Source: Adineta vaga
Taxonomy: Eukaryota; Animalia; Rotifera
DNA: 64,000 nucleotides
Assembly: GCA_021613535.1 (NCBI GenBank)
Contig: CP075492.1
Location: forward strand, 8,928,001-8,992,000
Direction of reading: 5' to 3'
This document shows positions 13,574 through 27,532 of the stretch, piece by piece. How positions within the stretch are numbered: the stretch's first letter is position 1; each line of letters starts with the position of its first letter. Position numbers and translations under genes: made by a program. Under the pieces are notes generated by a model that saw only the letters and a list, made by a program, of their open reading frames with translations, had not been told where the DNA came from and did not search any database.

Positions 13574-15190
13574 GCAGTCTTCCTGCAGTAGATAGTTCCA
13601 GTGAATTACTTCCTGCACCATCACGAATATCGCACAATTCGTCTATATTAGTAGATGCTTATTCAAAACAAATTCAACAAATATGAATTTTAATTAAAAT
13701 ATATCAAAATAAACATTCATATGTTCCTTTTCTTGTGAATTCATAAAATAAATGTCCACATCCAGTGAAACTATTGACATAGAAGAATTATTATTTTGTA
13801 TTTTGAAAGAAAAAGAATCCATTCATTATTGAATTAAATCTTTTTGCCATCATACGAAACTGTCTTTGATAACCTGATGTCAATGTCTAAAGTAAAGAGG
13901 ATTATAGATTCTGCTTTTGACATAATTTTTTGTGAAATGTTGAAAGATTACAGTCATTTAAAATGAAATTCTGTTTCTACAATAATTTCATTTTCACAAA
14001 TATCGTATAATCATGATGTATTGAGGATTCTATTCTAACAAATGCTTGACGGACGAAGAAAATTGACATCATTCTTTATTAACACATACATGAAATCACA
14101 GTAAGGCGATAGATGAACACATATTGCTTCATAAGTCACGTAAAGATTTCCTGAGTAGAACAGTAGGATGATGAGAGTACATCTTCTACTCTATAACTAG
14201 TATATCATCCTTAATCATGATAAGTCAAAGCATGTTTAAGTCTATTACTGATATGCTTTTGACAATCGAAGATATGTAAGTATTATTAACAAGAATATCC
14301 TGTTATATAGAAATAAAATAGAAGTTTGTCATTTTTATTATTATGATTGAAGAATGTTTGATATGTTTATATTGGTATCAAGTGATAGAAAATCTCTATG
14401 ACACTTCTTGCAAATCTAATCTTTGATAAAATAGCATTAATTTCAAGGAATAAAAGTCTAAATTTCTCCACAGATACGAGAATGGCCAATCTATATCTAT
14501 TTGCACAGTATAGATTTTATGTATTCAATAGTAAAATCGTTCGTTCTATCGGAGTTACTTCATATAAAACTTGATCGAATAGTTGATCAAATTGTGAAAA
14601 AGTATCAAAACAGCGAACACTCCCCTTCTCTTGTTCTTATTCATATTAATTTTATTCGACAGGTACATAATTTTTTTGTAAACTCACCTGATGTAATATA
14701 TTCTGATAGTATACAATTACAATGTCGCCTATATACTTTATCGATCATTTTGATTATTCGTATTCGTTCGGTAGAACTTGAATAACAAGTAAAAGAAATA
14801 CGATATATAAATATGTATAGAACGTCAATTAAATTGAATTCTTATTTTAAGTTTATAGTGAGAACACACAGAACACAAAAAAAAGACATTATAGAATTAT
14901 GCACTAAGCGAAGAAGTTCAAGCTTTTGTTTTTTCTTGTTTAATAATAAAAACAAAAAAAGATATGATAATAAGATATTGAACGAAGCGAAAAAAAAACA
15001 AAACGAGAGAATAAAACAGAAATTTTTTTCCTTTCACATAAAGCAATCACAGGCATACAACAGCGATCATAAGTATTTAGCCTATCAAAATGAGATTTTG
15101 AGTATGATGAAAAAGGCAAGAAAGAGAAAGAGAGAGAGAGAGAGAAAATGAATAATATAAACAAATCATTCTTCCATTGTTGTTTTATAT

Positions 15191-16128
15191 TTAGCCCATG
15201 CTACCAGGGATTTGTGTTTGTGTTGAAGGTGGTGGATACATACCAGGAGCACTTATATTTGAAAAATTATTTTGTTGTGGTTGTTGTTGTGCTGTACGAC
15301 TTTTAAAGAATCTTGTTTCTTTATAAACAAACCAAATACAAGCAGCCCAAAGAAAGAAATTTAAAAATCCAAATATAACTGAAACGATAACATTCGCATA
15401 AGTACCAGCTAGAGTAAGCCAAAAAATAATAAATAGATTATATAAACTAATAAAAAGTAACTTACTTTCTTTTTCTGAACAAGTTCCTCCACTACAATAT
15501 GGAAGTAGTTTCAGTATATTGTCGTAAGAGGTTTGAGCACGAATATTTGTGACACCTTGAGCCCATGCTGAACTACCCGCAATCCAGAATATTGTCCAAA
15601 TTACTGTAATAATTAAATCGATTATTGGAAATCGTTCATCATTTCGATATTGACGATCCATAAGAACATACATCGCTGTAAATGCAAGCGATAATAACAT
15701 TGATGTAACACCAGTAAAAACGAAAAATTCAGCAGATGGTTTAATATCATTTGTAGTTGATAAGGTTGTAGAAGAATTTCCTACAGAAATTGATAGGTCT
15801 TTTAAGTTATATGGATAGGACCATTCAGCTCGTCCATCATTCTGTCCGGTAGCTCCAATTGTCAACGAAGAACTGCCGTTACATGCTGTAGCAAAAGCAA
15901 ATATAGCAAAAATAAATTGAAGTAGACGAATAAAACCGCGCGGCTCTGAAATAAAAACATAATAATAAAAGATTTTACTGATTTATTAACAGTTCTCAAT
16001 TGATATGAGAATAACACTTAAGATCGATTACAAGAAGATCTTTAAAGTGACAAAATTTAGAATAAATCAGCTAAGAACTTCTGAAGTTTTCTTCATTTAC
16101 CTTTGAATATTCCGAAATAAGCTGTCAT
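15191..16128 (-). CDS. Synaptophysin/synaptoporin-like MARVEL-domain protein
   Basis: Spliced N-terminus MTAYFGIFK|EPRGFIRLLQFIFAIFAFATAC, plus SAEFFVFTGV, SSAWAQG and VSVIFGFLNFFLWAACIWFVYKET, the typical physin motifs. Confidence 0.92.
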
Positions 16129-16512
16129 TGTATTTACTGAAATTTTTGATTGTAAAGAATCCATTCAGAAAATGACGTGAAATAGTTGGTAATCTAGACA
16201 AAAAAAAAAGAATAGGTTTCTATACGTCATCCACAAATAAAAGTAAGTCATGGATTATTCTCGTAGCTTTTCCTTGTTCTCGTTTTCTTTAGTTCTTATA
16301 CAAATGTTCTATCACTCACGCCATATATTATCATAGTAGCATATATATATATCTATCAGAGGGACGTGTAAGTATTTCTCTTCTGATATATACCTTCATC
16401 TTGATTGTATGTTGACGACGGTAATATTCTCTTCGATGTATGAATGAATGAAAAAGGCACTGACTATTCTCTTTTTTTCTTTCTCTCTTTTTCTCTTTTT
16501 TCATTCGAATTA

Positions 16513-16522
16513 TGACTCAGCA
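16513..16522 (+). promoter_or_regulatory. Candidate ARE/MARE-like element TGACTCAGCA between the divergent synaptophysin and TGF-beta receptor genes
   Basis: Exact 10-nt consensus match; motif only. Confidence 0.25.
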
Positions 16523-17136
16523 ATGCAGGTGCGCATAGCAAGAAAAATTTTCTCTTCATCAAATATTTGCTGATGGCATAGGCAAAAAGAAAGCATCAAG
16601 AACACAAAAAAAATCTAACAGCAACTGACAGGAAATAAAACGGCTACTACCGTATTCTTTTGGATAAAATTCTTTTTTTCTCCTCTCATTTAGAGTAAGA
16701 GTAAAGAAAAGAAAAAAAAGTAGCTTACACGATGAATGAAGTAGATGTTAAAAAAAACGGAGAGAGAAAGAAAAGAACGCGTTTCATCGCAAATGTTTAA
16801 TAATATCAAAGTAAATTATTCTACATGTAATTAAATTTTATAGTCATAATTTCCAAAAGAAAAAGAGCAGAGCAAGAAAATCTGTTTGTGTCAATCGATC
16901 GACATGAAAACATGATTGGTTCATTTAACACCTTGAATGAATGAATGAATGAATGACTGTTGTTGTTTGATCTGAAATTTTGTCAAGATATAGCCTCCCT
17001 ATTGATCTGTTCTTATTTGATAATACACCAACCAATTGTTAATAGAATAAAGCTTATTTATCTATCTATCTATCGTTGGCATTGTCTTGTCTGTCTGTCT
17101 GATATCGAAATACGTCTCGTCTAGTTTCATTTGAGA

Positions 17137-19460
17137 ATGAAGTGTCATTGTAAATATTGTTCACCACAATTCTTTTGTCAAACGAGTAGTGAAGATGATT
17201 TTTGTTACTACCGACATTCTACTCGTGTCAATGGTACTAATGATTTCGGATGTGTTCAAGCTGATGTCGCTCGATTTTTAGTGAGTTGATGTTCATTGAT
17301 TGTGATCAAAAGAAAAGACATTTTTCAAATTTAGTGCAATACAACTGATGCAAATTATCGAACAGAATGTTGTTCCTCGTTCTTTTGTAATATTAATTAT
17401 CGATTAGTCAATGGATCAATTACATGTAAGTCTTGATATTGAATATAATGACTATCAAAATTGTCATTTTATAATGAACAATATATTTCGGAAATAAATG
17501 AATAATGATGCCAATGAAGATGTCATGTAGTTCCTGAAAGAATAAAAAAAACCTTCATGTAATGAATCTAAGGATGCTAAAGATACTCGAGGGTACTTTT
17601 TTGAATCTTTAAATAAAGAATAGTAACTTCTACAGTGATTATCATGAAAAGACGTGATATCGTTTTTAATCTATACAATTAAATTTCTTTTTTTTCTCTT
17701 ATTCAAATTAGCACCAACATCGACAATTAAATCAATAATAGTAGAACATAATTATACTAGTCTTCTAAATACTATCATTATGATAGGCACACTTGTTACT
17801 ATTGTATTATTGATTTTGATTATCTCTTATGCATACAAACGAAAGTACGATGACGATGCTTGTCAAAGAGAAACAAACGAATTTAGTATTTTTCTTTTAT
17901 TATTGTTAGATTTCACTCTCTTCAGAATTCGTCCGTAAAATCAAATACAGTCATTGACGATGGAAATAGTTCAACATCTCATATCAAACCAAAAAAATCT
18001 TCACTTTTATCGCCAATTGATCATCATTCTGATACAATATCGTGGAATTCTGAATTATCTGATCATCATGATCGAATTGTTGTACTTGTAAATTATTTCA
18101 TATAAAGTCATTTCCTCAATTGAATTTTCTTTCTTTATCTAGGAAACACGTCGTGTGAATAAAGAAATAACCTTTCTTAAACACTTAGGTCAAGGTCGTC
18201 ATGCACGTGTTCGTCTTGGTCTTATTGGACAACAATATCGTGCGATAAAAATGTTCGAAACTCGATTCCAAAATGAATTCGAACGAGAACGTGCAATTTT
18301 TCAAACGGATCTTATTCAACATCCAAATATTCTAGGTATTTTTTTTCTAATAAGAAATCTTGCTCTATTCAAAGCATCAACTCTGTGATTACTTTTCTTT
18401 TTCAGCTTTCTTCGGTGCGGATTTCTTTGCTAAAAATACTGAAACTTGTCATATGTTAATCTTTGAATATCATTCAAATGGTACACTTCATGATGTTCTA
18501 AGTGAAAATAGAAATGGATCCATGATCACTATTGAACAATTATTACAGTATTCTATATCATTATGTGATGGTCTTGCTCATCTTCATTCGATCAAATACG
18601 GAACAAATGGTAATAATAAGACGATTGACATAAGCTTTTCATTCAGATGCATGGTTTATCTGTAGTCATATAGTACTGATCAAGAGATGAAGTATATACG
18701 AGTTTTAAGGAGATTATTGACTATTACATGTATTATCTACCAAAGCTGTCAGATTCGATCAATCATTTTTCTTCATGCATTATCTTTCTTTAGATGTTTG
18801 TAAACCACAGATGGCTCATTGTGATATTAAAAGTTCGAATATTCTGATGAAATTAGATGGTGATTGTTGCTTATCAGATTTTAGTCTTGCAGTTCGTTGT
18901 CATCCGTATGTATTATCATTTTTCTTTTGTAGTCAGTACAGAGAAACAAAATACAGGATGTGTTCTTTTTTATAGGCATACAAATGAGATTCAAGGTGGT
19001 GGTATTGAACGTCTCTATCATCGTGTTGGTACAAAGCTTTATATGCCACCTGAATTACTTGATAAAAACGTTATTTTCAATTTTGATCGTATTAGTGCAT
19101 ATCAACAAGGTGATATGTATTCTTTGGCACTTGTTTTTTGGGAAATCGGAAATTGTTGTTGTTCAATTACTCATATTAAACCTTATGAAAATCAATTACC
19201 ATGTAATTTTAATGTTGATCATGTTGTTCAACTTGTTTGTGTCGAACAAAAACGTCCAATAAGTTGTATTAGTCCATCCGATTCAGTAAGCATGTTTATC
19301 TATAATACAATGCAATCTATTGTTTTCTTTTGATTAGATTTTGATATCGTTTTTTAACTTATTGAATTTCTATTGGTGTCAAGATCCATGTGCACGACAA
19401 TCTGCTGCTAATTTACAAAATCACCTTCGACAATTACGTCAAATGAATATGATTCTCTAA
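17137..19460 (+). CDS. TGF-beta/BMP/activin receptor family Ser/Thr kinase (type I-like, divergent); signal-peptide exon not located
   Basis: Cys-rich ectodomain (KCHCKYC...ECCSSFFCN) and TM helix at about 17770-17830. Kinase motifs LGQGRHARV, AIKMF, HPNIL, EYHSNGTL, KPQMAHCDIKSSNIL, DFSLA, VGTKLYMPPELL and GDMYSLALVFWEI. GT-AG introns. Confidence 0.88.
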
Positions 19461-19780
19461 TTTAATCAATATTCTTATTTCTTGTGCTCGTCTCGATCAT
19501 TAGTCAGATATGATATGTTTATCTGTTTTTTGTATTTTTTGATTGTTACAATAAAATAAAATTCACCTTCCGTAAACTTCATAACTATTCTTCTCGTCTA
19601 ATTCGACTTATTGCCTTTCATACAGCTCATTGTTTCGAAAATAAGTGTCTTCATGTATTGGCGAAGAAGAAAAAGAAATCTTTTTCTTTCTCTTTCCTTC
19701 GCACTAGTTTGGAAGTAAACGGGCAAGTAAATGAAGAAAGAATGAATTGGTTAAAAATACTTAATGCCTTTCTTCATAGA

Positions 19781-19805
19781 TGACTCAGCTATCAGGTCGC
19801 TGAGT
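19781..19805 (+). promoter_or_regulatory. Candidate ARE/AP-1 element (TGACTCAGC) plus inverted partial copy (GCTGAGT) about 100 bp upstream of the NR1J-like ATG
   Basis: Match to the TGACnnnGC consensus; motif only. Confidence 0.3.
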
Positions 19806-19886
19806 GTCCTTGCCTACAACAACGTCGGATAATTTTGTTTTTCTCGTCATTTTTGCAAGGATTATTGGAAACGTTTTATTTCATAG

Positions 19887-21536
19887 ATGGATATGTTTCT
19901 TAATGATCAACTAAATCAAGAATATTTTACATCGAATTCTTTGATGATTGTTGATGGTTCAATCGACGAATCTTTAGTAAATTCAAATTTAAGTTTATCA
20001 ACTATGATCGATCAAGTAAGAGAAAAACAAATGATTTTGTAGTTTCTTAATTTCACTTTTCTTTTCAGTATGGTATTTCGAGTATAGATGATAAGGAAAA
20101 GAAAACCAAACAAGATTTATTTTGTGCTGTATGTAATGCAAAAGCATTTGGATATAATTTTGATCAAATATCCTGTGAAAGTTGTAAAGGTGAAACAAAT
20201 TAGATCATGAGAAAACAAAATCTCTTTCTAAATTTAATTTCATAGCTTTTTTTCGACGAAACGCTTTGAAAGATATAGTAAGTCAACTTGTTCAGTATTT
20301 TAATGGTTTTTTTTCGCTTTTCTTTTCGTGTAATTAGAAAGAATTACAATGTCGATTTTCGAGCAGTTGTAATGTTACTGTTGAAACTCGTCGACATTGT
20401 TCTTATTGTCGGATTAAGAAATGTTTTGCAGTAGGTAAGTAAAAAAGAACCACTTTTGACACATACATCATGAGTCATAGAATGCAAAAGTACGATCGAG
20501 CACAGGTGAAAGGTTACGCGAACCATACTTTATCATGTAATAAGTAGAATAAAACTAAGAATTGTTTTTTTATTTATTTATGTATAATTTAAATCTTCAC
20601 GATGGAAATCTTCATATTTAGGTATGAGAAAAGAATGGATACGAAGTGAAGAAGAAAAACAAAAACGACGTGGACAAATAAAACATACTCGACATCATAA
20701 ATTTGCTCAAGAATTGATTAAAGTTTGTTCAATATAAATGAAATCTTCATTCGAACATACTTTGTTTCATTTTTTTTAACCAGATCTCACCTTTATCTCA
20801 CTCTGTACCTTCATTTTATATTTCAATATTAACTGCACTCGAACGAGTTCGTCTTAATAATATCATACATTGTTATGATCAATTTAGTTGTGAACCAAGT
20901 GCATGTATTTTATCACGATTGCCCAGCAATATTCAAATACGTGTGAATGAATTTTTCGATCGTAAAAAACCAATTTTTGTAAATCTCATTACTCATCTTA
21001 AACAATTACCGGAATTTCAAACGATTCATGTCGATGATCAAGTGAAATTAGTTAAACAAAATCTTCGTCTTGTTAGTCCAATGAATTATGCACTTATAAG
21101 AGTATCAAATTCTCAAATAACTGTTCCAAATATTCAAACAATTGGTTGTATTAATAACATCAATATTCATCATATGTATCGTTCATTAGCAGATATATTT
21201 ATTGAAATTGCTGTACGTGATCCAATAATTTTAAAATTATTTCTTATCATTTCATTCTTCACAACCGATTCAGTTACAACAATATCAATCTTACAATTGG
21301 AACACTTCGAAGAATTGAGACATATCAAAAATATTCAATCATCATATGTGAATTTACTATGGTCATATATGCTTGAGAAATGTGGGGAAATAAATGCTAT
21401 ACTTCTATTTACAAAAATGATAACAAAATATTTACATATACAAACGATTGTGAATGAAATGGATTCAATTATTCGAGTGAATGATGATGTACAAAAGATC
21501 GATGGATTGATGCAAACTATTCTACAGTTGACATGA
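19887..21536 (+). CDS. Nuclear receptor, NR1J (HR96/DAF-12)-like
   Basis: DBD CAVCNAKAFGYNFDQISCESCKAFFRRNAL...TRRHCSYCRIKKCFAVGMRKEWIRSEEEK. The CESCKA P-box is characteristic of NR1J. LBD has LKQLPEFQTIHVDDQVKLVK. Confidence 0.88.
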
Positions 21537-23257
21537 ACACGAGAAGATTTTTTCACAAAGAAATAATCTCATTTATATCATTGTAATTTACTTGTTCTCC
21601 TCGTTCTATTCAGGTGATAAAAATATGTTGGCGTAGACTTAATTGAAAAATACATGTATCTATGATAATTCAGATTATGGAATGGAAAATAAGGGATTTC
21701 CAGGTATTTTTGCGTCGAAGTCGATGAATCGTAACGAAATTAATCTTCATATGAAAAAATCAAATTGAGTAAGATATAATGACAGATTTTCTACAAAGTA
21801 AGAATGAAAAAATCATAGCAACTAGCAGTGCAGTGAATAAATCCTATTAAAAGAAATTCTACTTTTAGTAATTATGATAATGTGATTGTCAGAATGTTTT
21901 GGTGTAAGATGATCAATTGCATTAGAAAAACATACATATCCGTCCATCAGTTTGTTGCTATGTTATGCAAAATAACGCAATGATCACTTTGTTATTCAAT
22001 CAAATAGAAAAAATTGTGCCATCAATTATGTTAAATGATATAAAATCTATTGACTGTCAATATATACAGTTCGGATCACTACTCTTTCAAGTCAATTATA
22101 CATAACAACAGTATATAGAAGTTATTTTGCGTAATAAATATTTCTGTTCTGTACTGAATGATTTATGGAGTGTTCTATTACTCTCGTGTGCAGTTATTTT
22201 CTTCCAACAAGGACATAAATGTCGAGATGGACTAATTGAAAAAAATTGAATATCATAGAAGTCACAACACACTTGCTGTGATGCTTGACATAGTGAGAAG
22301 GCGGTCCAGACAGCAACAGCTAAGATGACAATCAATCATCATGTGAGAAGATCTATATGTATATGAAGTGAGACCACTCAAGATACGAATCACATCAAAC
22401 ATAATATTTGCTAAATAGGTGTCAACGACAAGGTCTATACCATCGAAAATATACATAAAAATGATAATTAAATACATATGTCCTTAGGCAATTTTCTTCG
22501 TGTTTTTTCAATTCTTTCAGCTGATAACTTCAGAGAATGTACTATCATAGTTATCGTTTCGATTAGATTTTGAAAATAGAATCGGTATCAAAACAGACAT
22601 GCATGGAGAAAAAGAGAGAGAGAAAGGGAGACGAAGGAATCATCCAGTTGACCAGAGAAGAGAACAAAAGAGAAGAGAGAAAGCTAAGAAAACGGACAAA
22701 AGTATTGTCTTAATAACAAAAAAGAAAGAAAGAGAGGAAGAGAAAGTGTAAGACAGAACATATCCACACGTCTTGATATTCGCCACTTGACTCATTTATT
22801 TTCTGCCAGTATTTGTGTACTTTTGAATTATTACAATCAATTTGATCATGCACGTCTAACTTTTATTAGCTCTTTACTGTAAAAGCAGACATCTATATCA
22901 AACATAAATACAGTAAGTTTTCTTTTCGTTCATTCATACTGATCACATATGAGACAAGTTTTTTAAATACAGTACGAATAGATTACCATCAAAGATAATT
23001 CATTTCTAGTAAGTGTATTGCCTTCTGGATATACTATTGATGTTCATAGTCAATATCATCCATATGTTCATCCAGTGATCGACAGATTCCTGCTGTGTTC
23101 TATGTGCCGCCCAATATAAACTTATGCAACATTTTCATTAATCGAGATTAATTATAATTCTTTTTTCTCTCTCATCTTTATTTATTATGGACACATGTCT
23201 TGTATATATTCGATCATCTTAAAGGAAGTCTAGATAAATTTTAATACTGAGTAGCAC

Positions 23258-23330
23258 GGGGATGTAGCTCACTTGGTAGAGCGCTCGCTTTGCATGCGAG
23301 AGGCACCGGGATCGATGCCCGGCATCTCCA
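23258..23330 (+). tRNA. tRNA-Ala (anticodon UGC), intronless
   Basis: GGGGATGTAGCTCACTTGGTAGAGCGCTCGCTTTGCATGCGAGAGGCACCGGGATCGATGCCCGGCATCTCCA. Acceptor stem with the G3:U70 Ala identity pair, CTCGC/GCGAG anticodon stem around TGC, CCGGG/CCCGG T-stem, and a downstream oligo-T Pol III terminator. Confidence 0.96.
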
Positions 23331-24456
23331 ATCAACTTTAGTTTTTTTCTTTTCCTTACTAATATATTTAATCTGTCCTATTTCGACATGCTCCAAGTAT
23401 ACAAGACTTAGTCTTTTCTTTCGTTTCTTTTTTTTTTAAATAAAGACAATTTGATCTTTCATTGAACATTGACGTGAACGTATGGAATCAAATCGAACAA
23501 AAGAAGAAGAAGAAAAAAAATATCAATTGAGTCACCTTGAATGACAACTCTTCTTGTTCATATAAAGATCAATTTTCATTTATGTACATTTGTACATAAG
23601 GATTTTTTGATGAAGAAGTTCATATTCATGTTCACAAAGTTTTTTTTCTCCTTGTGCTCTTGTCTTAAGCTGTTTTGATTTCTAACTCTCGCCCTCCGGC
23701 ATTCCTCAAGCCAATTAACACTATTGTCATTTATCTGATTTATTTTTGTCGACGAACATTACTTGTCATCGAAACGGGTTATTAGCGGGTTGAACTGTCG
23801 TCTGTCTCGAGTTAATAATTAAGTACGAAAGTTTTTTTTTCACTTTTCATAAGTTAATTGACTTGGACAGTGAAATGATAGATGCGTTGTATGAAGTAAA
23901 TTAGTTACCGTATGCTGAATGTCGTTGTTTAATGATCACCTTCGTCTTTCAATAGAAATTTATCTTATCTCAAGGGAGACAGAAAGGAAGAGAGAGGAAA
24001 AAGACAATGCACATTATTTAAATCTATAAAGATGAAGAATAGTTGTTACGTTAGAGTTTTTTTCAATGACCAGCAACAACAACAAAAACACTTCTATCAG
24101 ATTAGGTTTGTATCATGATGTGATCGATGATCATTAGCATGTTACCACCTTGACCAAAGATATTCTTATGTAAATATATAGACGCAGTATGTGCAAGCAG
24201 AGGATGTTTGATTATGATAAACATATTACAAGTAAGTGAATTGAATGTATTATTTTGAAAATAGTTCATTCATCGTTGTTTGCCATATTGATCAGTATAT
24301 CGATGATAGAGTTCAAATCTGTCATATAATATAAACATTCGATACATCATTTCGAATTTATTATCTCTTTTTCTTTCTGTGTTTTTCTTCATTAATCATC
24401 AAATCATTGTTTATTATGTCTATTCCATTGCTTTCTTTTTCGCTTTTAGGTTAATC

Positions 24457-26802
24457 ATGTTATCAACTATTCTGATTGTTTTCTGTTTACTTTGTTGTTT
24501 TTGTTTTCAAATGAATATGTCGAATATGCCAGAACATAAAAGAGAATTCGGTTTACGTATGTGTTTTATTATATATATATATCAACAAAAGATTGATTTC
24601 ATTTTTCCAGGATTTAAACAAGCAATTGCGGATGCAATAAAAAAAGTTGACGATCTTGCAACTAGTAAATATAGAACTTCTCTTGAATACGAATGATTTT
24701 GTTCTATTTTTTTTGTAGGTTGTCCACCAAGTAGTTTCTTCTATAATGGTTCTTGTTTTTTCTATTTACCACCGAAACAATTGGATAATTTGAAAGGAAT
24801 TGGATTTAGTGATGTAACCGTTGATGAAGGTATAGAATCGATATTCATTGACGAAAATGCACTTTCGTAGATTTTCGGTGATCATACTATTGTTCTAGCC
24901 TATTTGAATGTACATCTAAGATAGAGCATACTCCCAAAATGATTAGTACATCGTTTGTTTCACAGATGAAAGAATTCAAAGGATTTTTATTACCATACTA
25001 TTTAGAATATGGGAGTAAATAAATGATGTGATATTGATACATTTGCCAACAGGTACACATATACAAATAAAAAAAGAGCAGTGTGTTAGACGATGCGTTT
25101 ATACAGTTTTTGTAAAAATATTCGAAACTTAAGAAAGAAATTGATTTTTTTGCTTTAGCTTCTGATCGTTGTCATTTCTTTCGTGCGAAACTTTGGGATA
25201 TAGAAACAGTCACTGAATTTGATTATGTTCTTGGTCGTATCTATGATGAAACTCAATCATTTGATAGTCCTCGTATTGCTGTTAATTTTACTCATGGCAA
25301 ACATGGTAAATTTAATTTCTCGACAAATTTTTAGTTCATATTTCTCTTTGTTTTAGTATTAAAACTACATAAGAGAATGAATGGTGAACAACAATTTTTA
25401 TCAGTTGGAAATATTAATGATTATTCATTGATCTATAAATCTTTGCCCGATGTACCAGCAGCAAATACATGTCTAATTATTGATATTAGTAAAGCAACAC
25501 GACGTGTTTCATTAGAAGAAAAATTTCGTTTAGAACGTCGAAGTAATCATTATATTTGTAAAATGAGTAAGAGCGTATATTAACAAATTAGAAATCTTTC
25601 ATTTATTATTAATCTACTGTAGAAATTAATAGTTGTTTTAACAATACACGTTGTGGACAGCATGGAACATGCAAAAATTTAGTAATCAAATATAAATGTA
25701 TATGCAATTTTATGTACACAGGAGATTATTGTGATGAATGTAAGTATGAATGAAATAGATACATCATTTCTTCAATTAATACAGATATTAAATGAATAGG
25801 TTTCATAAATTGATAGGAATTTGTATATTCTAATAGTATATTCTTTTATCTGTACAATGACAGTCATGTGCTGCCATCTGCATAGATTTTGCTGTGTAAA
25901 ATCATAATTGTAACAAGATCAGATTTAGTGAGAATATTTGAAACGATCTTTGCGTTTCTTCTTGTGAAATATGTTTGAATGGCTTCTAAATCAGAAGATA
26001 TATATAATACGTCTTTTTTTTCTACTGTGTTAAAAATGAGTCGTAACTTTTGAGTGCAAAAATACTTCACTCATTGTATTTGCAACAAAATGAACACTCT
26101 CCATTTCGAAAATATCAGATTATTTCTATCTCTGACTATTTCATAACTTCGAAAGTAAAAATGTTCTAATTGATATTTTTTGACATATAAAATAAATTCA
26201 TTGTCTATTGATTACTTTGATGTACCATGTGTCTTAAGCAGATAAACGATGTTACGGTCACTTTCATTTTATCATTCATTTATCTGTCTTATCGTTTCGA
26301 TCCTGAATTCATGCGAATAACCATGGTCAATCACTCGAGCATGTATATATATATACAGATCATGATTGAAAAACAAGGAAGTTGTCTGTTCAATTGAGAG
26401 GAATGAACGATTGATACATGAAAAAAAAGGTATAGACAAAATGAATATATTTTAATGTATATGACAAAAAGTAACGTCATTCATTATTCAAAAAAGGATA
26501 ATAATGGATTGTCTGTTTCGTGTTGTCTGAATGATCATTATGAACTTTTATCCGTTCAAACTTAGACATTTGACAAATTGAAAAAAGATGACTCCTTTAT
26601 TTCTAACGTTATTTCAACTATTGTTTGTTTCTTCTTTTTTATTTTTCTCTCTATATTTCTAGTGAGTAGTCATGGTATTCAATCGATCATTGGTTTAATA
26701 TTTATCTGTATAGCGATCTTAATTCTTCTCTTTCATTCGAGTTTTCGTGGTTTACATCGATTGAAAGATAAAAAACGAAGTTTAATTAACAAAAACAAGT
26801 AA
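24457..26802 (+). CDS. Signal peptide + divergent C-type lectin-like domain + EGF domain + TM protein
   Basis: MLSTILIVFCLLCCFC signal; CPPSSFFYNGSCFFY; ...TCLII...HYICK; EGF CFNNTRCGQHGTCKN...YKCICNFMYTGDYCDE; TM IQSIIGLIFICIAILILLF. GT-AG introns splice in frame. The 3' end could continue via the gtaagt at 26799. Confidence 0.72.
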
Positions 26803-27532
26803 GTAAAAACAAACGATTATACATCAAAGATTCGATTCATTTTTTGTCAATATTAATTGTCAATTAAAACTCATCTTATAGTTCAATGTTTTCTTTTCTT
26901 CTCCTATCAAAGACGAATTCGTATAGATATAAATGAACGGTTTATTATATAAAAAAAAACACAACAAAAACAAAGGTGTAAAGAAGAGAAAAAAGAAGAC
27001 ATTTTCGCTTGTTGATATGCTCAATGATGATGGATTACACTGCGGTGTCCCCAATTAAAAGTAGGGCGGCGAGACACATTGAGAGTAGATGATATCATTA
27101 TTTTCGAATTTACAATCACTCATTGGATAGAGACAATTATAGAGGAACGATATTGAAACCGGGATTGTGCTTGCATCATTTTCATTGACTATCTGTTGAT
27201 CAAAATTCAATGTGAACGATGCATCATCATATTGATGATGGACTCGTTTGTTATACAACGTTTTTTTTTATTCGACTGGACGATGATGTTGATGATAAAT
27301 GTGATCATGAGAGTATAGACGAACGAACACTATCTACGCACATTTATCTTTCGTGAGCATCTGTTGCAATGAAAAAAAAAGAAGAAGTAGAAGATATCTT
27401 ACACAACTCGTCATTTTGAACGTAACTTTTTTCTTTTCTTTCTTTTCTTTTCTCTCTCACTTTTGCATCATATGTATAACGAAAAGAACAATCAACCATG
27501 AACTTCATTTCCTTCCTGTTCATTTTAGTTTA

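Noticed and set aside
13530-13686. Second frameshift extending the HFRGG protein tail to a stop at about 13686
   Set aside because: An alternative frame is open for about 50 codons, but the main frame ends normally at 13573. It cannot be decided without homologues or reads.
14501-15164. ORFs 14501-14785, 14813-15151 and 14940-15164
   Set aside because: AT-rich low-complexity sequence, partly the synaptophysin 3' region, with no motifs or splice support.
26860-27310. Minus-strand ORFs upstream of the STRA6-like gene
   Set aside because: Mildly coding-like but with no proper ATG, interrupted by stops, and no family recognised.
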